From Bilabrum cf. latius (Eukaryota), in NCBI GenBank assembly GCA_965178125.1, contig OZ237746.1:1-64000 (forward strand): a stretch of DNA of 64,000 bases, in the 5' to 3' direction. The translations under genes were made by a program, and so were the position numbers. Positions 1 to 11,926 of the stretch are shown one piece after another; position 1 is the stretch's first letter; every line of letters starts with the position of its first letter. The notes beneath the pieces were generated by a model that saw only the letters and a list, made by a program, of their open reading frames with translations, made no database searches and was not told where the DNA came from.

Positions 1-752
1 CCCTAACCCTAACCCTAACCCTAACCCTAACCCTAACCCTAACCCTAACCCTAACCCTAACCCTAACCCTAACCCTAACCCTAACCCTAACCCTAACCCT
101 AACCCTAACCCTAACCCTAACCCTAACCCTAACCCTAACCCTAACCCTAACCCTAACCCTAACCCTAACCCTAACCCTAACCCTAACCCTAACCCTAACC
201 CTAACCCTAACCCTAACCCTAACCCTAACCCTAACCCTAACCCTAACCCTAACCCTAACCCTAACCCTAACCCAAACCCTAACCCTAACCCTAACCCTAA
301 CCCTAACCCTAACCCTAACCCTAACCCTAACCCTAACCCTAACCCTAACCCTAACCCTAACCCTAACCCTAACCCTAACCCTAACCCTAACCCTAACCCT
401 AACCCTAACCCTAACCCTAACCCTAACCCTAACCCTAACCCTAACCCTAACCCTAACCCTAACCCTAACCCTAACCCTAACCCTAACCCTAACCCTAACC
501 CTAACCCTAACCCTAACCCTAACCCTAACCCTAACCCTAACCCTAACCCTAACCCTAACCCTAACCCTAACCCTAACCCTAACCCTAACCCTAACCCTAA
601 CCCTAACCCTAACCCTAACCCTAACCCTAACCCTAACCCTAACCCTAACCCTAACCCTAACCCTAACCCTAACCCTAACCCTAACCCTAACCCTAACCCT
701 AACCCTAACCCTAACCCTAACCCTAACCCTAACCCTAACCCTAACCCTAACC
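1..752. repeat. Terminal telomere (CCCTAA)n, i.e. TTAGGG type, left chromosome end
   Basis: About 125 near-perfect CCCTAA units from base 1; one CCCAAA variant near 271. Confidence 0.98.
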
Positions 753-760
753 CCAAACCC

Positions 761-3700
761 GAAACCGCCCTGGGTAGGTTTTGAAACCGCCCTGGGTAGG
801 TTTTGAAACCGCCCTGGGTAGGTTTTGAAACCGCCCTGGGTAGGTTTTGAAACCGCCCTGGGTAGGTTTTGAAACCGCCCTGGGTAGGTTTTGAAACCGC
901 CCTGGGTAGGTTTTGAAACCGCCCTGGGTAGGTTTTGAAACCGCCCTGGGTAGGTTTTGAAACCGCCCTGGGTAGGTTTTGAAACCGCCCTGGGTAGGTT
1001 TTGAAACCGCCCTGGGTAGGTTTTGAAACCGCCCTGGGTAGGTTTTGAAACCGCCCTGGGTAGGTTTTGAAACCGCCCTGGGTAGGTTTTGAAACCGCCC
1101 TGGGTAGGTTTTGAAACCGCCCTGGGTAGGTTTTGAAACCGCCCTGGGTAGGTTTTGAAACCGCCCTGGGTAGGTTTTGAAACCGCCCTGGGTAGGTTTT
1201 GAAACCGCCCTGGGTAGGTTTTGAAACCGCCCTGGGTAGGTTTTGAAACCGCCCTGGGTAGGTTTTGAAACCGCCCTGGGTAGGTTTTGAAACCGCCCTG
1301 GGTAGGTTTTGAAACCTCCCTGGGTAGGTTTTGAAACCTCCCTGGGTAGGTTTTGAAACCTCCCTGGGTAGGTTTTGAAACCTCCCTGGGTAGGTTTTGA
1401 AACCGCCCTGGGTAGGTTTTGAAACCGCCCTGGGTAGGTTTTGAAACCGCCCTGGGTAGGTTTTGAAACCGCCCTGGGTAGGTTTTGAAACCGCCCTGGG
1501 TAGGTTTTGAAACCGCCCTGGGTAGGTTTTGAAACCGCCCTGGGTAGGTTTTGAAACCGCCCTGGGTAGGTTTTGAAACCGCCCTGGGTAGGTTTTGAAA
1601 CCGCCCTGGGTAGGTTTTGAAACCGCCCTGGGTAGGTTTTGAAACCGCCCTGGGTAGGTTTTGAAACCGCCCTGGGTAGGTTTTGAAACCGCCCTGGGTA
1701 GGTTTTGAAACCTCCCTGGGTAGGTTTTGAAACCTCCCTGGGTAGGTTTTGAAACCGCCCTGGGTAGGTTTTGAAACCGCCCTGGGTAGGTTTTGAAACC
1801 GCCCTGGGTAGGTTTTGAAACCGCCCTGGGTAGGTTTTGAAACCGCCCTGGGTAGGTTTTGAAACCGCCCTGGGTAGGTTTTGAAACCGCCCTGGGTAGG
1901 TTTTGAAACCGCCCTGGGTAGGTTTTGAAACCGCCCTGGGTAGGTTTTGAAACCGCCCTGGGTAGGTTTTGAAACCGCCCTGGGTAGGTTTTGAAACCGC
2001 CCTGGGTAGGTTTTGAAACCGCCCTGGGTAGGTTTTGAAACCGCCCTGGGTAGGTTTTGAAACCGCCCTGGGTAGGTTTTGAAACCGCCCTGGGTAGGTT
2101 TTGAAACCGCCCTGGGTAGGTTTTGAAACCGCCCTGGGTAGGTTTTGAAACCGCCCTGGGTAGGTTTTGAAACCGCCCTGGGTAGGTTTTGAAACCGCCC
2201 TGGGTAGGTTTTGAAACCGCCCTGGGTAGGTTTTGAAACCGCCCTGGGTAGGTTTCGAAACCGCCCTGGGTAGGTTTTGAAACCGCCCTGGGTAGGTTTT
2301 GAAACCGCCCTGGGTAGGTTTTGAAACCGCCCTGGGTAGGTTTTGAAACCGCCCTGGGTAGGTTTTGAAACCGCCCTGGGTAGGTTTTGAAACCGCCCTG
2401 GGTAGGTTTTGAAACCGCCCTGGGTAGGTTTTGAAACCGCCCTGGGTAGGTTTTGAAACCGCCCTGGGTAGGTTTTGAAACCGCCCTGGGTAGGTTTTGA
2501 AACCGCCCTGGGTAGGTTTTGAAACCGCCCTGGGTAGGTTTTGAAACCGCCCTGGGTAGGTTTTGAAACCGCCCTGGGTAGGTTTTGAAACCGCCCTGGG
2601 TAGGTTTTGAAACCGCCCTGGGTAGGTTTTGAAACCGCCCTGGGTAGGTTTTGAAACCGCCCTGGGTAGGTTTTGAAACCGCCCTGGGTAGGTTTTGAAA
2701 CCGCCCTGGGTAGGTTTTGAAACCGCCCTGGGTAGGTTTTGAAACCGCCCTGGGTAGGTTTTGAAACCGCCCTGGGTAGGTTTTGAAACCTCCCTGGGTA
2801 GGTTTTGAAACCTCCCTGGGTAGGTTTTGAAACCGCCCTGGGTAGGTTTTGAAACCTCCCTGGGTAGGTTTTGAAACCGCCCTGGGTAGGTTTTGAAACC
2901 GCCCTGGGTAGGTTTTGAAACCGCCCTGGGTAGGTTTTGAAACCGCCCTGGGTAGGTTTTGAAACCGCCCTGGGTAGGTTTTGAAACCGCCCTGGGTAGG
3001 TTTTGAAACCGCCCTGGGTAGGTTTTGAAACCTCCCTGGGTAGGTTTTGAAACCTCCCTGGGTAGGTTTTGAAACCTCCCTGGGTAGGTTTTGAAACCTC
3101 CCTGGGTAGGTTTTGAAACCGCCCTGGGTAGGTTTTGAAACCGCCCTGGGTAGGTTTTGAAACCGCCCTGGGTAGGTTTTGAAACCGCCCTGGGTAGGTT
3201 TTGAAACCGCCCTGGGTAGGTTTTGAAACCGCCCTGGGTAGGTTTTGAAACCGCCCTGGGTAGGTTTTGAAACCGCCCTGGGTAGGTTTTGAAACCGCCC
3301 TGGGTAGGTTTTGAAACCGCCCTGGGTAGGTTTTGAAACCGCCCTGGGTAGGTTTTGAAACCGCCCTGGGTAGGTTTTGAAACCGCCCTGGGTAGGTTTT
3401 GAAACCGCCCTGGGTAGGTTTTGAAACCGCCCTGGGTAGGTTTTGAAACCTCCCTGGGTAGGTTTTGAAACCTCCCTGGGTAGGTTTTGAAACCGCCCTG
3501 GGTAGGTTTTGAAACCGCCCTGGGTAGGTTTTGAAACCGCCCTGGGTAGGTTTTGAAACCGCCCTGGGTAGGTTTTGAAACCGCCCTGGGTAGGTTTTGA
3601 AACCGCCCTGGGTAGGTTTTGAAACCGCCCTGGGTAGGTTTTGAAACCGCCCTGGGTAGGTTTTGAAACCGCCCTGGGTAGGTTTTGAAACCGCCCTGGG

Positions 3701-5250
3701 TAGGTTTTGAAACCGCCCTGGGTAGGTTTTGAAACCGCCCTGGGTAGGTTTTGAAACCGCCCTGGGTAGGTTTTGAAACCGCCCTGGGTAGGTTTTGAAA
3801 CCGCCCTGGGTAGGTTTTGAAACCGCCCTGGGTAGGTTTTGAAACCGCCCTGGGTAGGTTTTGAAACCGCCCTGGGTAGGTTTTGAAACCGCCCTGGGTA
3901 GGTTTTGAAACCGCCCTGGGTAGGTTTTGAAACCGCCCTGGGTAGGTTTTGAAACCGCCCTGGGTAGGTTTTGAAACCGCCCTGGGTAGGTTTCGAAACC
4001 GCCCTGGGTAGGTTTTGAAACCGCCCTGGGTAGGTTTTGAAACCGCCCTGGGTAGGTTTTGAAACCGCCCTGGGTAGGTTTTGAAACCGCCCTGGGTAGG
4101 TTTTGAAACCGCCCTGGGTAGGTTTTGAAACCGCCCTGGGTAGGTTTTGAAACCGCCCTGGGTAGGTTTTGAAACCGCCCTGGGTAGGTTTTGAAACCGC
4201 CCTGGGTAGGTTTTGAAACCGCCCTGGGTAGGTTTTGAAACCGCCCTGGGTAGGTTTTGAAACCGCCCTGGGTAGGTTTTGAAACCGCCCTGGGTAGGTT
4301 TTGAAACCGCCCTGGGTAGGTTTTGAAACCGCCCTGGGTAGGTTTTGAAACCGCCCTGGGTAGGTTTTGAAACCGCCCTGGGTAGGTTTTGAAACCGCCC
4401 TGGGTAGGTTTTGAAACCGCCCTGGGTAGGTTTTGAAACCGCCCTGGGTAGGTTTTGAAACCGCCCTGGGTAGGTTTTGAAACCGCCCTGGGTAGGTTTT
4501 GAAACCGCCCTGGGTAGGTTTTGAAACCGCCCTGGGTAGGTTTTGAAACCGCCCTGGGTAGGTTTTGAAACCGCCCTGGGTAGGTTTTGAAACCGCCCTG
4601 GGTAGGTTTTGAAACCGCCCTGGGTAGGTTTTGAAACCGCCCTGGGTAGGTTTTGAAACCGCCCTGGGTAGGTTTTGAAACCGCCCTGGGTAGGTTTTGA
4701 AACCGCCCTGGGTAGGTTTTGAAACCGCCCTGGGTAGGTTTTGAAACCGCCCTGGGTAGGTTTTGAAACCGCCCTGGGTAGGTTTTGAAACCGCCCTGGG
4801 TAGGTTTTGAAACCGCCCTGGGTAGGTTTTGAAACCGCCCTGGGTAGGTTTTGAAACCGCCCTGGGTAGGTTTTGAAACCGCCCTGGGTAGGTTTTGAAA
4901 CCGCCCTGGGTAGGTTTTGAAACCGCCCTGGGTAGGTTTTGAAACCGCCCTGGGTAGGTTTTGAAACCGCCCTGGGTAGGTTTTGAAACCGCCCTGGGTA
5001 GGTTTTGAAACCGCCCTGGGTAGGTTTTGAAACCGCCCTGGGTAGGTTTTGAAACCGCCCTGGGTAGGTTTTGAAACCGCCCTGGGTAGGTTTTGAAACC
5101 GCCCTGGGTAGGTTTTGAAACCGCCCTGGGTAGGTTTTGAAACCGCCCTGGGTAGGTTTTGAAACCGCCCTGGGTAGGTTTTGAAACCGCCCTGGGTAGG
5201 TTTTGAAACCGCCCTGGGTAGGTTTTGAAACCTCCCCCGAGTAGGTTTCA
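761..5250. repeat. Subtelomeric 22-bp satellite (GAAACCGCCCTGGGTAGGTTTT)n, about 203 copies
   Basis: 22-bp period (units at 783, 805 and so on); clustered CGC>CTC variants and rare TTTC variants. Confidence 0.97.
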
Positions 5251-5286
5251 ATACGCCATACTTGCACTGAATGAAGTACAATGAAT

Positions 5287-7092
5287 CTGAGGAACATTTG
5301 GCCAATGTTGTGGCCCTAGGCCGTCCCAACGCAATTTGAACGGTCTTCATATCTCCTGTGGTTGCCGAGATCGTATCCCGCAGGATTTCAGCATGAAAAT
5401 CTTCAAGGCCCAATATTGGCGCCGTGCGTCAAAAGCGGAACCTGAGGAACATTTGGCCAATGATGTGGCCCTAGGCCGTCCCAATGCAATTTTAACGGTC
5501 TTCATATCTCCTGTGGTTGCCGAGATCGTATCCCGCAGGATTTCAGCATGAAAATCTTCAAGGCCCAATATTGGCGCCGCGCGTCAAAAGCGGAACCTGA
5601 GGAACATTTGGCCAATGATGTGGCCCTAGGCCGTCCCAACGCAATTTGAACGGTCTTCATATCTCCTGTGGTTGCCGAGATCGTATCCCGCAGGATTTCA
5701 GCATGAAAATCTTCAAGGCCCAATATTGGCGCTGCGCGTCAAAAGCGGAACCTGAGGAACATTTGGCCAATGTTGTGGCCCTAGGCCGTCCCAACGCAAT
5801 TTGAACGGTCTTCATATCTCCTGTGGTTGCCGAGATCGTATCCCGCAGGATTTCAGCATGAAAATCTTCAAGGCCCAATATTGGCGCCGCGCGTCAAAAG
5901 CGGAACCTGAGGAACATTTGGCCAATGATGTGGCTCTAGGCCGTCCCAACGCAATTTGAACGGTCTTCATATCTCCTGTGGTTGCCGAGATCGTATCCCG
6001 CAGGATTTCAGCATGAAAATCTTCAAGGCCCAATATTGGCGCCGCGCGTCAAAAGCGGAACCTGAGGAACATTTGGCCAATGATGTGGCCCTAGGCCGTC
6101 CCAACGCAATTTGAACGGTCTTCATATCTCCTGTGGTTGCCGAGATCGTATCCCGCAGGATTTCAGCATGAAAATCTTCAAGGCCCAATATTGGCGCCGC
6201 GCGTCAAAAGCGGAACCTGAGGAACATTTGGCCAATGATGTGGCTCTAGGCCGTCCCAACGCAATTTGAACGGTCTTCATATCTCCTGTGGTTGCCGAGA
6301 TCGTATCCCGCAGGATTTCAGCATGAAAATCTTCAAGGCCCAATATTGGCGCCGCGCGTCAAAAGCGGAACCTGAGGAACATTTGGCCAATGATGTGGCC
6401 CTAGGCCGTCCCAACGCAATTTGAACGGTCTTCATATCTCCTGTGGTTGCCGAGATCGTATCCCGCAGGATTTCAGCATGAAAATCTTCAAGGCCCAATA
6501 TTGGCGCCGCGCGTCAAAAGCGGAACCTGAGGAACATTTGGCCAATGATGTGGCTCTAGGCCGTCCCAATGCAATTTTAACGGTCTTCATATCTCCTGTG
6601 GTTGCCGAGATCGTATCCCGCAGGATTTCAGCATGAAAATCTTCAAGGCCCAATATTGGCGCCGCGCGTCAAAAGCGGAACCTGAGGAACATTTGGCCAA
6701 TGTTGTGGCCCTAGGCCGTCCCAACGCAATTTGAACGGTCTTCATATCTCCTGTGGTTGCCGAGATCGTATCCCGCAGGATTTCAGCATGAAAATCTTCA
6801 AGGCCCAATATTGGCGCCGCGCGTCAAAAGCGGAACCTGAGGAACATTTGGCCAATGTTGTGGCCCTAGGCCGTCCCAACGCAATTTGAACGGTCTTCAT
6901 ATCTCCTGTGGTTGCCGAGATCGTATCCCGCAGGATTTCAGCATGAAAATCTTCAAGGCCCAATATTGGCGCCGCGCGTCAAAAGCGGAACCTGAGGAAC
7001 ATTTGGCCAATGATGTGGCCCTAGGCCGTCCCAACGCAATTTGAACGGTCTTCATATCTCCTGTGGTTGCCGAGATCGTATCCCGCAGGATT
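5287..7092. repeat. 155-bp tandem satellite, about 11.6 copies
   Basis: Near-identical units with a 155-bp period, mirrored by repeated 73-aa ORFs spaced 155 bp apart. Confidence 0.96.
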
Positions 7093-7154
7093 TTGTCAAA
7101 AAGTGAAGATGAAAATATTTTTCCCCGACCCTGTCCCTGACTTTATAATAGATA

Positions 7155-7625
7155 CCCTAACCCTAACCCTAACCCTAACCCTAACCCTAACCCTAACCCT
7201 AACCCTAACCCTAACCCTAACCCTAACCCTAACCCTAACCCTAACCCTAACCCTAACCCTAACCCTAACCCTAACCCTAACCCTAACCCTAACCCTAACC
7301 CTAACCCTAACCCTAACCCTAACCCTAACCCTAACCCTAACCCTAACCCTAACCCTAACCCTAACCCTAACCCTAACCCTAACCCTAACCCTAACCCTAA
7401 CCCTAACCCTAACCCTAACCCTAACCCTAACCCTAACCCTAACCCTAACCCTAACCCTAACCCTAACCCTAACCCTAACCCTAACCCTAACCCTAACCCT
7501 AACCCTAACCCTAACCCTAACCCTAACCCTAACCCTAACCCTAACCCTAACCCTAACCCTAACCCTAACCCTAACCCTAACCCTAACCCCTAACCCTAAC
7601 CCTAACCCCCCCCTAAACCCCTAAA
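7155..7625. repeat. Interstitial telomeric tract (CCCTAA)n, same orientation as the terminal telomere
   Basis: About 70+ perfect CCCTAA units, degenerating into C-rich variants on the proximal side. Confidence 0.96.
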
Positions 7626-7639
7626 ACCCCCCCCCCTTG

Positions 7640-7757
7640 ACCATATCGGCGCCGCGCGAGTAAAACGGAATCTGAGGTACAAATGGATCATGCTATGCCC
7701 CTGCCCCTTCCAAATGCAGTTTGAATCATCTTCATATCTGCCGTGGTTGCCGAGATC
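7640..7757. repeat. Diverged partial copy of the 155-bp satellite
   Basis: GGCGCCGCGCG...GGAATCTGAGG...TTTGAATCATCTTCATATCTGCCGTGGTTGCCGAGATC is colinear with the 155-bp unit. Confidence 0.85.
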
Positions 7758-7763
7758 TCAACT

Positions 7764-8363
7764 TGGTGGGGCTAGCAGGTTGGGTGTGCGGGCGATGGAT
7801 GAGGCTATGGTGCCTTTGGTGGGCTAGCAGGTTGGGTGTGTGGGCGGTGGATGGGACTATGGTGCCTTTGGTGGGGCTAGCAGGCTGGGTGTGTGGGCGA
7901 TGGATGAGGCCATGGTGCCTGTGCTGGGGCAAGCAGGTTGGGTGTGCGGGCGGTGGATGAGGCCACGGTGACTGTGGTGGGGGTAGCAGCTCGAGTGTGT
8001 GGGCGGTGGATGGGGCCATGGTGCCTTTGGTGGGGCTAGCAGGTTGGGTGTGTGGGCGGTGGATGGGGCCATGGTGCCTTTGGTGGGGCTAGCAGGCTGG
8101 GTGTGTGGGCGGTGGATGGGGCCATGGTGCCTTTGGTGGGGCTAGCAGGCTGGGTGTGTGGGCGGTGGATGGGGCCATGGTGCCTTTGGTGGGGCTAGCA
8201 GGCTGGGTGTGTGGGCGGTGGATGAGGCCATGGTGCCTGTGCTGGGGCAAGCAGGTTGGGTGTGCGGGCGGTGGATGAGGCCACGGTGACTGTGGTGGGG
8301 GTAGCAGCTCGAGTGTGTGGGCGGTGGATGGGGCCATGGTGCCTTTGGTGGGGCTAGCAGGTT
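7764..8363. repeat. G-rich 53-bp minisatellite, about 11 copies, with a 318-bp higher-order repeat
   Basis: GGATGGGGCCATGGTGCCTTTGGTGGGGCTAGCAGG recurs at 8008, 8061, 8114; variant CCACGGTGACTG at 7963 and 8281 (6x53 apart). Confidence 0.92.
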
Positions 8364-8570
8364 GCCGCTGCCTTAGGTTACATCATCCCATGAATGAGAT
8401 GTACTGAGTGGATGTTTGCAGCCTGCAGGTGGTGCGGTCAGGCGAGAACAAACTTGAACTGTCTATCGTTTGCAGGGGGTTCGGTGTGACGCGATTGTCA
8501 TGCCATGATCGGCTCTGTCAGTGATGAGTGTGCCGCTGGCCAGCTATCTATCGTCATGCTAGCCGTCCAT

Positions 8571-10271
8571 TCATTCGGACCCACTCCTAGAGCCCCTCCT
8601 CTTGCGGCCCCCTTTCCCGACACCCGCCACCAAGCCCTCTGACCCCCTCTCCCCCCACCGCACGCGTCCCTCCTTGTCCATGCGGTCCTGCTCCTGCTGG
8701 TACCACTGCTCCATCGCGACCGACATCTGCTCCACGCTGCTCTCGCACAAAGCCACGGGCGCAGGCAGGATGCACATGCGGCCCAGCACCTTGCCCCACC
8801 GATCCGCGTCCTGGGCCGCCCACGTCTGCTGGTGCATCACGATGAACCCGTCCTTCTGCAAGTGCCGCAGGAAGCCCGGCCTGTCCTCGCCTACGTGCAC
8901 GTGCTGGTAGATGCACAGGTCCTCGCTGGGGTCGCACCACCTGTCCTCGCCCGCCCCCGCGTCATTGGGCGCGCTCAGCTCCTGCATGCCCCCCTCTGCC
9001 GGGCTGCGCTCCCCGGTGGGGGGCGAGGGGTCCGTCCCGTCCTCCCCCAGCCCGGTGGCCTGGTACCAGGGGAAGAAGAACGCCCTGGCCTCGGGTGATA
9101 GCCCCTGCCTGAGCCTCTTGCGGTGGGCCATGGCGGTGTTCTCGAAGTCCTGCAGCGGGTTGGTGAACCGCTGCTGCAGGCCAGCCACCATGCCGGCGGA
9201 CGGGGCCCGCTCGAAGTTGTCGTGGTCGAAGCCGCTGTTGGCCTTCCGGTACGTGTGCGCGGTGTCGAAGAGGGTCTTGTTCATGACCTTGAGCATCATC
9301 ACGAACCCGCTGAGGAACCAGGGCTGGTTGTACAGCAGGAAAGTGGGGATCTTGAGCAACAGGAACCACAGCCGCTGCAGCATCGTCTCCTGCGGATAGG
9401 CCTCCACGCGATCGGCCACGGCCTTGGCCAGGGCCTGCGAGTGTGTCGCCATGATGCCCCCTCCCATGGCAGTGGGCAGCTTGTCCTGGCCTCCAGAGTA
9501 CAGACTCACGTCTACGGATGGCTGCACGCGCCACCGGCTGTACGGCCCGCCCTGCACCGTGTCCTCTACGATGAGTGCACCTGCCCTGCGGTACGGCTCG
9601 CACCAGTCCATCCCGTACCTGACGCCAAACATGTGCGTGACTACTACCATGCCCACCTCGCTGGGCTCGGGGAGTGCTGAGATGCCACCGTTGCCATCTG
9701 GGACGACTAACCGCCACGATCCAGTGCAATCAGGGTTCACATCTAGGTCCATACTTATCAGCCGGGAAGGATCATCCTTGCAAGCGTTCTACATGACAGC
9801 CAAGAACCCATTCCTGTGCATAAGCGGAGACACAAGAATCTTTTTGCCCTTGCAAGACCATTTATGCCCATCGTTTACCGGTTTCGCAGCGGTTCCTTTC
9901 TTTTTATAGTCGCCTCCTTTCATCTCCTAGCTCGACGGAGACGAGGCGCCAGCGCTTCCGGCGAGACGAGAGTTCTTGCGCGGCAGGGTCTGAGCATCAG
10001 GCTGTTCGCTAGCCTCAGCTTCGTGCAATTCAGTCACAAGCGTATAGAATAGCGACCTGCATGTGTACCCATAAACTCCATGCCGTCCATCATCGTCGAA
10101 CTTGTGCAGCAGCTGGGGCTTTCCAAATATCAGTGATTGAACAGGCGCCCAAACGGCAAGCACAAAGTGGTACCAAAAGAACCACCAAGTCACGTGCAGA
10201 TAGGCTGGCACGGCAGCATGCGGGATCCATGGAGACTTGATCGCCTGCTCCTTGGCCTTGGAATCGGCCAT
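8571..10271 (-). CDS. PLP-dependent DegT/DnrJ/EryC1/StrS-like aminotransferase-fold protein
   Basis: Motifs VTHMFG, IVEDTVQG and YSGGQDKLPTAMGGG. ORFs 9927-10436 and 8571-9752 are in one frame, joined through two TAGs. Ends TGA. Confidence 0.7.
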
Positions 10272-10461
10272 GGAATTTCCGAATTGGGGTTTTCTTGGGT
10301 AGACGGGGAGCTGTGGTCTGGAAAACCTTAATCTATACGTTACTTTATTTTCGAGGCGTCCATGAAGCGGCCAAACGAGCACATTTGAGAGCCTTTCATC
10401 GGGGCAGCATTGGATCTGGATCAAAATAACACGCAAATTATGTGAGGCAGTTGCTGCTTAG

Positions 10462-11733
10462 TTATGCCCCAGCCCCGCACCCTTCGATCCCGCACACGCC
10501 CAGCCAGGGCGGGTCGAACCACGTGTGCCGATCGTCGCCCACCCAGGCTTGGAACGGCAGCACCTTGCCTCCAGGCCCGTCTGTGAGGTGCACGGACGCA
10601 TTGAACGCGTACCCGGTGGGCTCATACCCGGGCATCTGGATCGCAGGCACGGTTGTGTTGAGGCTCCCGTCCATAACCTGAGGGGGCAGCAGCCCTGCCC
10701 GCACCAGCGTGTGGACGTCCCGGGCGTAATACCCCACGGTGGCCTGCAGCTGCTTCTGCGCGTAGTACACGGCGGCCAGTGCCTGCCTTGCCCCCCACAC
10801 GCTGTCTCCTCGCCACTGGGCCTGCGCCTCGCTAGGGGGCTTGCTCGTGAACTGCAAGAAGCCCCACCGCTCGGGGAGATGCATGTTGATGGCCCCCTGC
10901 TCGCTCCACACCCAGTTGTGCTCAGGCATGTCGGGCACCTTGGACCAGTGGCACCGGACGCCCCGATCGATCTCGACCTCCGAGTCGCCTCCAGTGGCAG
11001 GCTGGTTCGGCTCGCCGCCGCAATCGCCAGCCTTCGTGACGTTCCATTCGACTCTGGAAAAGTCAAGCCTCCACTTTTCTCCTTCTCGAGGTGGCGCAGT
11101 GGCGATGCCGCTCTAGTTTGCGACATACCTCTCGAGCGGCAGGGCCAGCTCGACTTGCCAGCCTCTAGCTGGTCCGGCCAGCGGATCATCGAAAGGCCCA
11201 TCGGCCCAAGCAGCTGAACGAACCTACGGCTCTCCTCCGATGTTAATCGGCTGCCCCCCGTCCGCGTACGGCTTCGTGAGTGTGAGCCACCAAGTTGTGT
11301 TTATGACGTTCGCTTCCAGTTCTAGATAGTGTCGGGATGAGCCTGAGGGGTCGATGAATACCTCAAAATCATTATCAAGGAATACGACATCGTCATGCTG
11401 CGTTTGGTTTGCCCAGAGTGCGTCGTCTTGCAGGTCAGCTCCAACGTAAAGCCATTTTTCGTCCCATCTCATCTTTGCCCGCGTTCGGAAGTACGGGGGC
11501 TTCACCGCATCCCCCTGGATGTCAACAAATTCGGAAGTCCAAGGAGCGGCAGCCCATGCGGGGTCATCCAGTTTGCCGTCCATGCGTGGTGGCGCTTCGC
11601 CTGGCTGAATCTTGCTGACGACGTAGTGCTAAGGAAACGGGATCAGCCCCTTTGGGTAGCTAGCATGTGCCAATGACACAAGAATGTATCCAATGCTTAG
11701 CACATGAGCAGAGTGGAGCACCCAACTTCGCAT
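10462..11733 (-). CDS. Secreted carbohydrate-binding family 9-like (DOMON-like) protein
   Basis: Signal peptide MRSWVLH...AHA; motifs DGKLDDPAW, DNDFEVFIDP, WRLDFSRVEW, NWVWSEQGAINMHLPERWG. One frame with 3 TAGs. Ends TAA. Confidence 0.82.
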
Positions 11734-11926
11734 ATTTCTGCTGGTTGTGGCCTGTCGAAATTCCGATCATACTCCGGATGCTCTCAGATGCACTGAAACG
11801 TGAACAAACAAACGACCACCCGTTGGTTGTCAACCAAGCCACCATCACGTACTGCATACTTTCATGCTAGTGTCTCACTTATGCGTGCAACTGGTTCAAA
11901 TGATGATACGAACTGGTGTGCTCCCA

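Noticed and set aside
747-5297. 1516-aa ORF
   Set aside because: Artefact of the stop-free 22-bp satellite; the protein is a 22-aa periodic translation.
5287-7092. 155-bp unit as a 5S rRNA or spliced-leader RNA array
   Set aside because: I could not recognise 5S conserved boxes, an Sm site or a Pol III terminator; an Rfam search is needed to exclude it fully.
5336-7624. Repeated 73-aa ORFs and poly-(TL) ORF
   Set aside because: Translations of the 155-bp satellite and the telomeric repeat.
761-8363. CRISPR-like array
   Set aside because: Units are head-to-tail with no unique spacers; eukaryotic context and no cas genes.
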